Shown here in pieces: positions 30,004 to 39,832 of a stretch of DNA of 64,000 nucleotides. Position 1 is the first letter of the stretch. Each line of letters begins with the position of its first letter. The notes under the pieces are model-generated. The model did no database searches, had not been told where the DNA came from, and saw only the letters and a program-made list of their open reading frames with translations. The position numbers and the translations under genes are program-made. Origin of the DNA: Deltaproteobacteria bacterium (GTDB lineage: Bacteria; Desulfobacterota; Binatia; UBA9968); the NCBI GenBank assembly GCA_009692615.1, contig SHYW01000007.1:245-64244 (forward strand). The letters are read 5' to 3'.

Positions 30004-30867
30004 ATGATGAAGTTACTTACGCCCCCTCTATCGGCTCGGCACAAAGGCATTGTCGGCCTGTTCGCGTTGGTGTGCGCCAATTTCTTGGCATACTGCGAAC
30101 TGGTTTTGAGCGACGGGCTCAACTTTTCCTATCTCTATTTGCTACCGGTTTTTCTCGCCAGCTGGTTCGCTTCCCGTGCCATGGGCATCACCGTGGGAAT
30201 TTGGGCCTCGGCGGTTTGGTTCGCCGGCGAAATGATCCTCGCGCGAAACTACGCCAACGCTTCGACTCCCATGTGGAATTTGCTGACCCGAGCCGGCGCC
30301 TTCGTCGCCTCAGCCGCGATCCTGGCGCAACTCCGCGCCAAATTCGAAGAAATGTCGAAACTGGCGGCGCGCGATTTTCTTACCGGACTACCCAACGGCA
30401 ACGCATTTTACGAATTGGCGGCCAGCGAAATGAACCAGGCATCGAGCACTGAACCGCTGACCTTGGCCACGATCTTGGTCACTGGCGTGCAGATGGTCAA
30501 CTATCGCTTCGGCTATTCGGCCGGCGATCGAGTGCTGTGCACCATCGCCAAGACGATCCAACAGCAAGCGCCACGGCCCGATCTAGTCGGCCGCATGGGC
30601 GGCACTTCGTTCTCAGTACTGTTACCCAACACGACCTCGGAAAATGCCCATGCGATTCTCCAGAAGATACACGAAGCGCTCGACGTCCAACGCCATCAAT
30701 TTGCCGGTCCCGTAACTTTCTGCTTCAGCGCCATCGCGTGTGCCGAGTCAACCAAGACGCTCGCCGAGCTGCTCTACCAAGCCGACAACCAGATGGAGAG
30801 CATAAAAGTCGCCGGCAAGGACCACATTCAAATATCCCCGGTTGAAGATATGCCGGCGTTGAACTAA
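30004..30867 (+). CDS. Membrane-anchored degenerate GGDEF-domain protein
   Basis: About 4 N-terminal TM helices; DFLTGLPN and GYSAGDRVL; GRMGGTSF in place of GGDEF. Confidence 0.85.
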   Translation: MMKLLTPPLSARHKGIVGLFALVCANFLAYCELVLSDGLNFSYLYLLPVFLASWFASRAMGITVGIWASAVWFAGEMILARNYANASTPMWNLLTRAGAFVASAAILAQLRAKFEEMSKLAARDFLTGLPNGNAFYELAASEMNQASSTEPLTLATILVTGVQMVNYRFGYSAGDRVLCTIAKTIQQQAPRPDLVGRMGGTSFSVLLPNTTSENAHAILQKIHEALDVQRHQFAGPVTFCFSAIACAESTKTLAELLYQADNQMESIKVAGKDHIQISPVEDMPALN

Positions 30868-31003
30868 ACGGAGCGAAGTGAAGAATGCGCCCGACAAATT
30901 TCGAACTTTTATTGCGAATTGTCCGGCAAATGTTCCCGTCTTCAATTGACGGGGATAAAGTAATCTTTGCGGTTCGGCGTCGGCGTCGAATATTTCCAAA
31001 ATT

Positions 31004-32026
31004 TCATTTATAGAGCGCGTTGATAAAACCGCTCTTGTCCAACTCCTGCAAAATGCTGTCATCGTAAAAGCGCTTGGGGTCTTGGCCCTTGGCTCGAGGA
31101 TTCACTTGTCCTAGTTCATCGAGCACGGCGCGAAACGCCTCCGGGGTTGGATACGGCACCCGCTTCAAATATTTGGTCGAAGCAACTTCGTAGGTTTCCG
31201 AGAGCATTTCTTTATCGGTGCTGCGAAAGTATTTGCCCATCACTTCCAGCGCAAAAGGCTTGTCCCGTTTGACCCGCGCGATCGCTTCGACCACCGCCTT
31301 GACGTAATTCACCGCCACCTCTTTGCGCTGGGTCACGAAACTGCGGCGCGCGGTGATTCCTGACGCCGCATAGGGCATGCCCAACGACGCAATGTCGAGC
31401 ATCTCGCGAAACCCTTCGCGCCGCGCTTGCACCAGCGTCGGATAGGAAAGTATCGCCGCTTGAATCCTTCCGCTGCGTAGCGCGCCCACCGCCGATGCCA
31501 CCGCGCCGACTTGGATCAAACTCACGTCCTTGACCGGTTCCATGCCATAGTGCTGGATGACGATCCGCGCCGCGGTATCGATCGACGTGCCGAAGCGGCT
31601 GATGCCGATCGCCTTGCCGCGCAAGTCTTCCGGTTTTTGAATCGTCGAATTGACCACCAAGCTGGTGAGCAAACGATCGTGAGTGATGCCCAATGAGATC
31701 ACGTCCGAGCCTCCGATGTTGGCGCTCGCCGTCGTGCTGCCGGCGATGGCGATGAATTCGATTTCGCCGGCGATGGTCGCCGCCATGCCTTCGTTACCGC
31801 TGGGAAACGCCACTTGATCGATGTCGAGGCCGTATTTTTTGAAATAGCCGCCTTCCTTCGCCACCCAAAACGGCGTCATGTTGCCGGAAAGCGACGCATA
31901 GCCCGATCGCAGCCGCCGTTCTTGGGCGGACAATGAAGTCGCAAGCAAAAGAAAAAGTAGCGCGATAACGCTAGTCGACTTGCGGATTGATCGACGGCAA
32001 GAAAACCATTTCATAACGTCCTCCAA
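31004..32026 (-). CDS. ABC substrate-binding protein, NMT1/SsuA-like, orphan
   Basis: WVAKEGGYFKKYGLD and DLRGKAIGISRFGT; real start probably ATG 32014 (GGAGG RBS). Confidence 0.85.
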   Translation of the reverse strand: MEDVMKWFSCRRSIRKSTSVIALLFLLLATSLSAQERRLRSGYASLSGNMTPFWVAKEGGYFKKYGLDIDQVAFPSGNEGMAATIAGEIEFIAIAGSTTASANIGGSDVISLGITHDRLLTSLVVNSTIQKPEDLRGKAIGISRFGTSIDTAARIVIQHYGMEPVKDVSLIQVGAVASAVGALRSGRIQAAILSYPTLVQARREGFREMLDIASLGMPYAASGITARRSFVTQRKEVAVNYVKAVVEAIARVKRDKPFALEVMGKYFRSTDKEMLSETYEVASTKYLKRVPYPTPEAFRAVLDELGQVNPRAKGQDPKRFYDDSILQELDKSGFINALYK

Positions 32027-32111
32027 GCGAAAAACTGGGTAGTCGCAATTAGCTTACCGAGTTTTACGCTAAAGCAGGCCGGAGAGACAACTGCCGCAGC
32101 CTGAATGACAG

Positions 32112-32726
32112 CTAGGAATTGCCGCGCAATTGTTTAGTGAGCCAATCGACGATGGCGGCGACGCCGGTACCGTCCTTGAGATTGGAAAATAAGAAGGGTC
32201 GCGCGCCGCGCATTTTTTTGGCGTCGCGCTCCATCACGGTGAGATCGGCGCCGACGTAGGGGGCGAGATCGATTTTGTTGATCACCAATAAATCCGACTT
32301 GGTAATTCCCGGACCGCCTTTGCGTGGGATCTTGTCGCCGGCGCCGACATCGATGACGTAGATCATCAGATCGGCTAGCTCCGGACTGAAGCTCGCGGCG
32401 AGATTGTCGCCGCCCGATTCGATAAATATCAACTCAAGGCCGGCGAAGCGGCGATTGAGCCGCGCCACCGCTTCGAGATTGATCGAAGCATCCTCACGGA
32501 TCGCCGTGTGCGGACAGCCGCCGGTCTCGACACCGATGATGCGTTCCGGCGCCAACGCTTGATTGCGCACCAGAAACTGCGCGTCTTCCTCAGTGTAAAT
32601 ATCGTTGGTCACCACGGCGAGATTATATTTCTCGCGTAGCGCGCGGCAAAACGTTAGCGTGAGAGCAGTTTTGCCGGAGCCAACCGGCCCACCGATTCCC
32701 ACACATAAAGGCTGCGCGTCACTCAT
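32112..32726 (-). CDS. ureG: Urease accessory GTPase UreG
   Basis: [29 protein letters not shown] and NKID; start moved to 32726. Confidence 0.96.
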   Translation of the reverse strand: MSDAQPLCVGIGGPVGSGKTALTLTFCRALREKYNLAVVTNDIYTEEDAQFLVRNQALAPERIIGVETGGCPHTAIREDASINLEAVARLNRRFAGLELIFIESGGDNLAASFSPELADLMIYVIDVGAGDKIPRKGGPGITKSDLLVINKIDLAPYVGADLTVMERDAKKMRGARPFLFSNLKDGTGVAAIVDWLTKQLRGNS

Positions 32727-32739
32727 GTACCACCGACAG

Positions 32740-33429
32740 CTAGGAACGAAATAAGCGAGAATATTGAGTTTCATGCTGGCTCGACAACAGCGCCAGCCCC
32801 GGTACGAAGCTACCGAGATCGTCGTCATCTAACAAAGCAATGCGATCGGCAATCGCGTCGAGCCGAGCGCCGACCGCGAGCAGCATCCGTTGGCCGTCGG
32901 TCTGGCCGAGCGGCACAGCTTTCACCGCGGCCATTACTTGGTTTTCCAACCACGACCAGAGATAGGCCACCAACGCCGATTGCGATGAAATCTGCCACTG
33001 CGCCACCGCGCAACCAAACGCGGTCGGATAGGCAATTTCTTCCAAGCGTGCCAGCTGCGCCCGCGTGTCGTCACTCATGCCAGTTAATTCAGTCAGCAAT
33101 TTTCTCAAGGAAAAACCCATCTGCAAAGTCTCCGCCCTGAGCTCGGAAGTTTCCCGGCTGGCGAGAAACAGCGCGTTCCATTTCTCCACCGCTGAGTAAT
33201 TCGGTACTTCCCACGCGGCGATCGAGCGCAACAGCACCGGGGCTTCCATGGGCGCGATGGAATATTCGAGCATGTCACCAATCCACCTTGCCGCGGTCGA
33301 TGCATCGCGAATTATTTTTATCTCAACCGCCGCTTCCAAACCCTGCGAATAGCTATAAGCCCCCACCGGCAACGCCGGGCTGGCGAGCTGCAACAAGCGC
33401 ACGAGACTAATGTCTTTATCAACTTTCAT
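32740..33429 (-). CDS. ureF: Urease accessory protein UreF
   Basis: [20 protein letters not shown] and C-terminal [11 protein letters not shown]. Confidence 0.95.
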   Translation of the reverse strand: MKVDKDISLVRLLQLASPALPVGAYSYSQGLEAAVEIKIIRDASTAARWIGDMLEYSIAPMEAPVLLRSIAAWEVPNYSAVEKWNALFLASRETSELRAETLQMGFSLRKLLTELTGMSDDTRAQLARLEEIAYPTAFGCAVAQWQISSQSALVAYLWSWLENQVMAAVKAVPLGQTDGQRMLLAVGARLDAIADRIALLDDDDLGSFVPGLALLSSQHETQYSRLFRS

Positions 33430-33932
33430 CCGTCGGAACGCTCCGACGTGCCGAATTCATGAATCCGTCCTGAGTGATTTTCGCTCGGTTCATCATGAAA
33501 ATGAGCACTGCCATAAGCACCCGACTCGGGCTCGAAGGGCGCATCGATGTTCGTCAGCGTGGCGCCGAGACCACGCAGCATATTTTCTAACACATGATTT
33601 TCGCCGAGACGGAGGAATCCGTCGCCCACCTGCACCGGCACGTGACGATTGCCAAGGTGATAGGCCACCCGCGTGAGGTCGCAAACCGTTTTACATTCGA
33701 CATGAACAACACGCTCAACCATCGCAATAACTTCAATGACGCGGCCGTCCGCAGCCAACAGTCTATCGCCGCCGCGCAAGTTCGCGCCGCGCCCGAGCTT
33801 CACTGCCACTTCTTCGCCGGACACCAGCGCGGCAAAGAGCCAGCGCTTCTGGCGCAAATCGAAAGGCAAGCGCAGTTGACCCTGCACTTCGCCTTGCGCA
33901 CCTGAAGGTAATTTCGCGGTGATCTCAATCAT
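33426..33932 (-). CDS. ureE: Urease accessory nickel chaperone UreE
   Basis: AYHLGNRH and FEPESGAY. Confidence 0.95.
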   Translation of the reverse strand: MIEITAKLPSGAQGEVQGQLRLPFDLRQKRWLFAALVSGEEVAVKLGRGANLRGGDRLLAADGRVIEVIAMVERVVHVECKTVCDLTRVAYHLGNRHVPVQVGDGFLRLGENHVLENMLRGLGATLTNIDAPFEPESGAYGSAHFHDEPSENHSGRIHEFGTSERSDG

Positions 33933-35629
33933 CAGAATAAAAAGTAGCGCTGCGCCAATGGCAACACTTGGGCCGGCGCGCAGATCAGCAGCTCACCATC
34001 GGCGCGCACTTGATAGGTCTCGGGATCGACGTCGATCTTGGGCTGATAGTTGTTGTGCACCATGTCTTTCTTTCTCAGCTTGCGGGTATTTTTCACCGCC
34101 TCCAACGGCCGCGACAGCTTTAATTTTTGCAGCGCGCCATTTCTCAAGCTCGCTTTTGAGACGAAGGTCACCGAAGTATTTAACGCCTTGCCGAAGGCGC
34201 CGAACATCGGCCGGTAATGCACCGGTTGCGGCGTCGGGATCGAGGCGTTGGCATCGCCCATGGCCGCCGCTGCAATCATACCGCCTTTGATGATCAGCTC
34301 GGGCTTGGCGCCGAAGAACGCCGGCTTCCACAAAACCAGATCGGCGAGCTTGCCCTCTTCCACCGAGCCGACGAGATGCGCGATGCCATGGGTCAGGGCC
34401 GGATTGATCGTGTACTTGGCGATGTAACGCTTGACCCGATTGTTGTCATGCTGCACCGGATCGCCGCGCAGCGCGCCGCGCTGGTTTTTCATTTTGTGCG
34501 CCGTCTGCCAGGTGCGAATGATCACTTCGCCGACGCGCCCCATCGCTTGCGAATCGGAGGACATCATCGAGAAGGCGCCGAGGTCGTGCAGAATATCTTC
34601 CGCCGCGATGGTTTCTTTGCGAATGCGCGACTCGGCGAACGCCACGTCCTCGGCGATGCTCGGATCGAGATGATGGCAGACCATGAGCATGTCGAGATGT
34701 TCGGCGATGGTGTTGACCGTGTAGGGCCGGGTCGGATTGGTTGACGACGGCAAGACATTAGGCTCGCCACAGACTTTTATGATATCCGGCGCGTGGCCGC
34801 CGCCCGCGCCTTCAGTATGAAAGGTATGAATCGTCCGGCCTTTAAACGCCTGCACCGTCGCTTCGACGAAACCGGATTCGTTCAACGTGTCGGTGTGAAT
34901 CGCCACCTGCACATCCATCTTGTCGGCGACCGACAAACAATTGTCGATGGCCGCCGGCGTCGTGCCCCAATCCTCGTGCAGTTTTAATCCGATGGCGCCG
35001 GCGTTGACCTGCTCGACCAGCGGCGCAGGCAAACTCGCGTTGCCTTTACCGAAAAAACCGAGATTCATCGGAAACGCTTCCGCCGCCGCGAGCATGGAGT
35101 GAATATGCCATGGCCCCGGCGTACACGTCGTCGCGAAAGTCCCGGTCGCCGGACCGGTGCCGCCGCCAAGCATGGTCGTCACGCCCGACATCAACGCTTC
35201 GTCGATCTGCTGCGGGCAGATGAAATGAATATGCGAATCGATGCCGCCGGCGGTGACAATCTTGCCTTCGCCGGCGATCGCTTCGGTGGCCGCGCCGATG
35301 GGAATCGTCACGCCCGGCTGAATATCTGGGTTGCCGGCCTTGCCGATCTTCCAGATGCGGCCGTTCTTGATGCCGATGTCGGCTTTGACAATTCCCCAGT
35401 GATCGATGATCAAGGCGTTGGTGATCACCGTATCCGCGACTTTGGCCGCGCCGAGTTGGCTTTGCCCCATGCCGTCGCGAATCACTTTGCCGCCGCCGAA
35501 CTTCACCTCTTCGCCGTAGACGGTGAAATCTTTTTCTACTTCGACCCACAAATCGGTATCGGCGAGCCGTACGCGATCGCCCACCGTCGGCCCGAACATC
35601 TCCGCGTAGGCATGGCGGGCTATTTTCAT
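33932..35629 (-). CDS. ureC: Urease subunit alpha
   Basis: [23 protein letters not shown] and SSDSQAMGR. Confidence 0.98.
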   Translation of the reverse strand: MKIARHAYAEMFGPTVGDRVRLADTDLWVEVEKDFTVYGEEVKFGGGKVIRDGMGQSQLGAAKVADTVITNALIIDHWGIVKADIGIKNGRIWKIGKAGNPDIQPGVTIPIGAATEAIAGEGKIVTAGGIDSHIHFICPQQIDEALMSGVTTMLGGGTGPATGTFATTCTPGPWHIHSMLAAAEAFPMNLGFFGKGNASLPAPLVEQVNAGAIGLKLHEDWGTTPAAIDNCLSVADKMDVQVAIHTDTLNESGFVEATVQAFKGRTIHTFHTEGAGGGHAPDIIKVCGEPNVLPSSTNPTRPYTVNTIAEHLDMLMVCHHLDPSIAEDVAFAESRIRKETIAAEDILHDLGAFSMMSSDSQAMGRVGEVIIRTWQTAHKMKNQRGALRGDPVQHDNNRVKRYIAKYTINPALTHGIAHLVGSVEEGKLADLVLWKPAFFGAKPELIIKGGMIAAAAMGDANASIPTPQPVHYRPMFGAFGKALNTSVTFVSKASLRNGALQKLKLSRPLEAVKNTRKLRKKDMVHNNYQPKIDVDPETYQVRADGELLICAPAQVLPLAQRYFLF

Positions 35630-35934
35630 TTCAGCGCTCCCATCACTTTGCCGTTGAAGCCGTAAATTTTTCGTCCGCCGGCCATCGCCACCAACTCCAC
35701 CGTCCGTGTCTGCCCCGGCTCAAAGCGTAACGCCGTGCCGGCGGCGATGTTCAAACGAAAACCCAGAGTTTTCTTTCTCTCGAACTTGAGCGCTTCGTTG
35801 GTTTCAAAAAAATGATAGTGCGAACCGACTTGAATCGGCCGATCGCCGCTGTTGGTGACTTCGAGCATCAAAGTCTGGCGCCCTTTGTTGAGCTCGATGT
35901 CGCCGTCGACAATTTTCATTTCACCAGGAATCAT
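35626..35934 (-). CDS. ureB: Urease subunit beta
   Basis: [18 protein letters not shown] and [10 protein letters not shown]; start moved to 35934 because the upstream extension is repeat DNA. Confidence 0.95.
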   Translation of the reverse strand: MIPGEMKIVDGDIELNKGRQTLMLEVTNSGDRPIQVGSHYHFFETNEALKFERKKTLGFRLNIAAGTALRFEPGQTRTVELVAMAGGRKIYGFNGKVMGALK

Positions 35935-35966
35935 CTCACTCTCCTCTACACTCGAATCCTCTAATA

Positions 35967-36046
35967 CCCTCTCCCTCTGGGAGAGGGCAAGGGTGAGGGC
36001 TCTGCACGAATGGGCCCTCACCTCGATCCTGTCCCAGAGGGAGAGG
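35967..36046. repeat. Long REP-like inverted repeat between ureA and ureB
   Basis: CCCTCTCCCTCTGGGAGAGGGCAAGGGTGAGGGC...GCCCTCACCTCGATCCTGTCCCAGAGGGAGAGG. Confidence 0.8.
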
Positions 36047-36058
36047 AGGTAAGAATGA

Positions 36059-36361
36059 CTAAACAATCGGCTGATGCACCGTCACCAACTTCGTGCCATC
36101 GGGAAAAGTCGCTTCGACTTGAATCTCCGGAATCATCTCCGCGACGCCTTCCATCACGTCGTCGCGGCTTAATAACGTCGCGCCCCAGCCCATTAAATCA
36201 GAAACGCTGCGGCCATCGCGCGCCCCTTCCATGATCGCCGCGCTGATAAACGCCACCGCTTCGGGATAGTTGAGCTTCACGCCGCGGGCTTTGCGCCGCT
36301 CGGCGAGGAGCGCGGCGGTAAATATTAGCAGTTTATCTTTTTCTCTCGGGGTTAGTTCCAT
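36059..36361 (-). CDS. ureA: Urease subunit gamma
   Basis: [17 protein letters not shown] and [14 protein letters not shown]. Confidence 0.97.
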   Translation of the reverse strand: MELTPREKDKLLIFTAALLAERRKARGVKLNYPEAVAFISAAIMEGARDGRSVSDLMGWGATLLSRDDVMEGVAEMIPEIQVEATFPDGTKLVTVHQPIV

Positions 36362-36373
36362 GGGGATCTCCGA

Positions 36374-37213
36374 TTAAGTCCGCCAAATGCGCGGATCGAT
36401 GGCTTCGCGGCCGACAACTACGAGACGCAAAATATGCCACAACTGAATGAAATAATTTTTCGCCGCCTCGCTCGATGCTCCCAAATATCGCCCAACTATT
36501 AAACCCGGCAACAACGTCGCCGCGCCTGCGCCATTTATCGGCCGTAATGCGCGACAAGCGTTTAGCGCGGTAGAATCCAATTTAGCTGAGGCGACAAGCA
36601 AAGTACCAACAACCGTGCGATCCGCCATGACCACCGCCGAACGCAACGCCGCACCGCCGCCTTCAAGCCGGCCATTTTCAAACCATAGCGGCCGGCCGTC
36701 CCGTTCGATCAACGTGCGTGCGCGCAAATTGCCGCGAGAAAATTTTTCTCCCGACCCGCTGCGTCCCAAACAGCAGATTTCCCAACCGATAAAACTGCTG
36801 TCGCCGGCTAGCCTCACCGCCGTGCGCATCTCGGCATGAGCCTGGTTAAAAATAATATTTTCCTGCGGCAACCATTCGAGGCAGGCGCCAGGGCTGATGT
36901 CGAATTGCAGGGATTGGCGCGCCAGCTCGCCAGCCGAACGGTACCATTTACCGGCACCCGGGGTGGTTAACAACGCATGAGCTGTTACGTCCAGCCGCGC
37001 GCTCAAGCGCAGATCATCGCCGCCGGCAATGCCACCCGGCGGATGAACAACGATCGAATGACAAACCCCATCGCCTTCCGGATAGAGCGATTTTTGGACT
37101 ACCAGTGGACCGTCGTGACGGCGCGCCGCCAATACCGTGCGCGCACCACGCCGCTGGTAGTCGAGGGCCAATTCGGCGCGCCAACCGATTTCGTTTTCGT
37201 AAACTGCCAACAT
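36374..37213 (-). CDS. ureD: Urease accessory protein UreD
   Basis: GPLVVQK.LYPEG, HPPGGIAGGD, TTPGAGKWY, LEWLPQE and PRIWRT; start probably 37213. Confidence 0.93.
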   Translation of the reverse strand: MLAVYENEIGWRAELALDYQRRGARTVLAARRHDGPLVVQKSLYPEGDGVCHSIVVHPPGGIAGGDDLRLSARLDVTAHALLTTPGAGKWYRSAGELARQSLQFDISPGACLEWLPQENIIFNQAHAEMRTAVRLAGDSSFIGWEICCLGRSGSGEKFSRGNLRARTLIERDGRPLWFENGRLEGGGAALRSAVVMADRTVVGTLLVASAKLDSTALNACRALRPINGAGAATLLPGLIVGRYLGASSEAAKNYFIQLWHILRLVVVGREAIDPRIWRT

Positions 37214-37220
37214 GGACGGA

Positions 37221-37910
37221 TCATACCGCAAGTCGGCCGCGCACGTCATCCTTATCCATGTCGACGCCCAAGCCGCGCTGCACGATCACGCCGCGCTGCA
37301 TGACGAAATATTGATCGGCCAGCGAGCGCGCGAAGTCATAATACTGTTCGACCAGTAGGATCGCCATATCGCCGCGCTTTGCCAAGCTTTGAATCACCCG
37401 CTCGATATCCTTGATGATCGAAGGCTGAATCCCTTCGGTGGGCTCGTCGAGAATCAGTAATTTTGGTTTGGTCAGCAGCGCCCGGCCGATGGCCAGTTGC
37501 TGCTGCTGGCCGCCGGAAAGATCGCCGCCGCGCCGCTGCCGCATGGTATGCAGCACCGGAAACATTTCGTAAATCTCCGGCGCGATTTTCTGAATTTTCT
37601 GTCCGGCCAGCCCGGTGAGCAAGTTTTCCTCCACCGTTAGGCGCGGAAAAATGTCTCGCCCCTGGGGCACGTAGGCCATGCCGCGCCGGGCTCGTACATA
37701 AGGCGCCGCCCACGTCACATCTTGGCCGGCGAACTCAATCTTGCCGGAACGAACCCCTTCCAAACCCATCAACGTTTTCAACAGCGTGCTTTTGCCCACG
37801 CCATTGCGCCCAAGCACCGCCGTGCAACTTCCCGCGGCGATTTCAAAAGAGATGTCGTTCAGCGTGTGGCTGCCGCCATAGTAATGATTTAAATTTTCCA
37901 CCCGCAGCAT
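37221..37910 (-). CDS. urtE: Urea ABC transporter ATP-binding protein UrtE
   Basis: GRNGVGKST, YVPQGRDIF, LSGGQQQQLAIGRAL and DEPTEGIQPSII. Confidence 0.93.
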   Translation of the reverse strand: MLRVENLNHYYGGSHTLNDISFEIAAGSCTAVLGRNGVGKSTLLKTLMGLEGVRSGKIEFAGQDVTWAAPYVRARRGMAYVPQGRDIFPRLTVEENLLTGLAGQKIQKIAPEIYEMFPVLHTMRQRRGGDLSGGQQQQLAIGRALLTKPKLLILDEPTEGIQPSIIKDIERVIQSLAKRGDMAILLVEQYYDFARSLADQYFVMQRGVIVQRGLGVDMDKDDVRGRLAV

Positions 37911-37912
37911 GG

Positions 37913-38743
37913 TCAGCGTCCCAGATAAACTTCGATCACCCGCTCGTCGTTCTGCACCGTTTCCATGGAACCCTCGGCGAGCACGCTGCCTTCGTGCAGT
38001 ACGGTCACCTTGCGCTTGAGCGAGGCGACAAAGTCCATGTCATGCTCGACGACGATCAGCGAATGCTCCCCTTCCAGCGATAAAAATAATTCCGCCGTGC
38101 GCTCGGTTTCTTCATCGCTCATGCCGGCGGCGGGTTCGTCGAGCAAGAGAATTTTCGGCGCCTGCATCAGCAGCATGCCGATTTCCAGCCACTGCTTTTG
38201 ACCGTGCGACAAAAGCCCGGCGGGTTCGTCCATCCGGTCCGAAAGATTAATTCGTTTGAGCATTTCATGAATGCGGTCTTGCTGCTCCGAGCTACGCCGG
38301 TGCCACAGCGTGCTCCACACGCCCTTCGGCCCGTCCATGGCGAGATCGAGATTTTCAAATACGCTGTGATTCTCGAACACCGATGGTTTTTGAAATTTTC
38401 TGCCGATGCCGAGGCGAGCGATTTCATATTCGGTGCGCTGGGTGAGATCGATGGTCTGGCCGAGAAAAATGCTGCCGCTGTCGATGGCGGTTTTGCCGGT
38501 GATGACATCCATCATGGTGGTTTTGCCGGCGCCGTTGGGACCGATGACGCAACGTAGCTCGCCGGCGTCGATGGCGAGGGACAGCTCGTTGAGGGCGCGG
38601 AAGCCGTCGAAGCTCACCGTCACGCTGTCGAGGTAGAGGACCACGCCATGGGAAACATCGATCCGATCGGCAGCGACCAGATGACTCATGCCGCTGGCCA
38701 CCGCGCCGCCGTCAAGCGCGGAATTGACAACTTCCGTGCTCAT
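37913..38743 (-). CDS. urtD: Urea ABC transporter ATP-binding protein UrtD
   Basis: VSFDGFRAL, GPNGAGKTT and LSHGQKQWLEIGM; start 38743 overlaps the urtC stop (ATGA). Confidence 0.93.
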   Translation of the reverse strand: MSTEVVNSALDGGAVASGMSHLVAADRIDVSHGVVLYLDSVTVSFDGFRALNELSLAIDAGELRCVIGPNGAGKTTMMDVITGKTAIDSGSIFLGQTIDLTQRTEYEIARLGIGRKFQKPSVFENHSVFENLDLAMDGPKGVWSTLWHRRSSEQQDRIHEMLKRINLSDRMDEPAGLLSHGQKQWLEIGMLLMQAPKILLLDEPAAGMSDEETERTAELFLSLEGEHSLIVVEHDMDFVASLKRKVTVLHEGSVLAEGSMETVQNDERVIEVYLGR

Positions 38744-39831
38744 CGCGCCGAACTCCTGCGCCAGCCCATCACGCCTTGCGGGAGAAACAGCGTCACGACA
38801 ACAAACAGCGCGCCGAGAAAATAAAGCCAGAGTTCCGGCCAAGCGACGGTAAAATAACTCTTGGCGCCGTTGACGACGGCGGCGCCGACCAACGCGCCGA
38901 CCAGCGTGCCGCGCCCGCCCACTGCCACCCAGATAGCGATTTCGATGGAATTCGCCGGCGACATTTCGCTCGGATTGATGATGCCCACTTGGAGCACGTA
39001 GAGCGCGCCGGCGATGCCGCACAACACCGCCGATAAAGTCCAGACGAACAACTTGTAATCCCGCGTGTTGTAGCCGGAAAACATCGTGCGTGATTCGGCG
39101 TCGCGAATCGCCGTCAGCACCCGGCCGAATTTCGACGTGACGATGTAGCGGCACAGCAGCAAGCTTATTATTAGCAAAATCCCGGTGATCATGAATACGC
39201 TCACCCGCGTGACTGGACGGGCCAGGGAGAAACCGAGAATCCGTTTGAAATCGGTAAAGCCGTTGTTGCCGCCGAAGCCGGTGTCGTTGCGAAAGAACAG
39301 CAACATGAACGCGAAGGTCAGCGCTTGAGTGATAATCGAAAAGTAAACGCCTTTAATGCGCGAGCGAAACGCGAACCAACCGAAGATAAACGCCATCAAC
39401 GCCGGCACCAGAATAATTTTTACTAGCGCCAGCCAAAAATATTCACTGCCGGCCCAATACCAGGGGAATTCCTTCCAGTCGAGGAACACCATATAATCAG
39501 GTAAAAAACTGCGGTACTGCCCTTCGTTGCCGATCTCGCGCATCAGATACATGCCCATGGAATAACCGCCCAGGGCGAAGAACAATCCATGGCCAAGAGA
39601 CAAAATTCCCGCGAAACCCCAGATCATATCGAGCGCCAACGCCACCATCGCGTAGCACATGATCTTGCCGATCAGGAGCACGTAATAATCGGAAACATGC
39701 TGCGCGCTGGTCGGCGGCACAACCAAGCGCAGTAATGGAATTGCCATTAGAATAATCGTCCCAAACGCCGCCAGCCAAAGCCAAGCGCGCCGGTCGTAAA
39801 GTCTTGCCACAGCGGAAACGAAGCCGATCAT
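38740..39831 (-). CDS. urtC: Urea ABC transporter permease UrtC
   Basis: GILSLGHG, FRSRIKGVYFSIITQA and WVAVGGRGTL. Confidence 0.94.
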   Translation of the reverse strand: MIGFVSAVARLYDRRAWLWLAAFGTIILMAIPLLRLVVPPTSAQHVSDYYVLLIGKIMCYAMVALALDMIWGFAGILSLGHGLFFALGGYSMGMYLMREIGNEGQYRSFLPDYMVFLDWKEFPWYWAGSEYFWLALVKIILVPALMAFIFGWFAFRSRIKGVYFSIITQALTFAFMLLFFRNDTGFGGNNGFTDFKRILGFSLARPVTRVSVFMITGILLIISLLLCRYIVTSKFGRVLTAIRDAESRTMFSGYNTRDYKLFVWTLSAVLCGIAGALYVLQVGIINPSEMSPANSIEIAIWVAVGGRGTLVGALVGAAVVNGAKSYFTVAWPELWLYFLGALFVVVTLFLPQGVMGWRRSSAR

Positions 39832-39832
39832 A

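Noticed and set aside
37913..39154. Long N-terminal extensions in the ORF track (urtD, ureG, ureB, 45579-46922, 48447-49580, 49408-50589, 50730-51917, 57411-58667) suggesting fusions
   Set aside because: The extensions overlap neighbouring genes or repeat DNA, and downstream starts match family N-termini, most with an RBS or a coupled stop/start.
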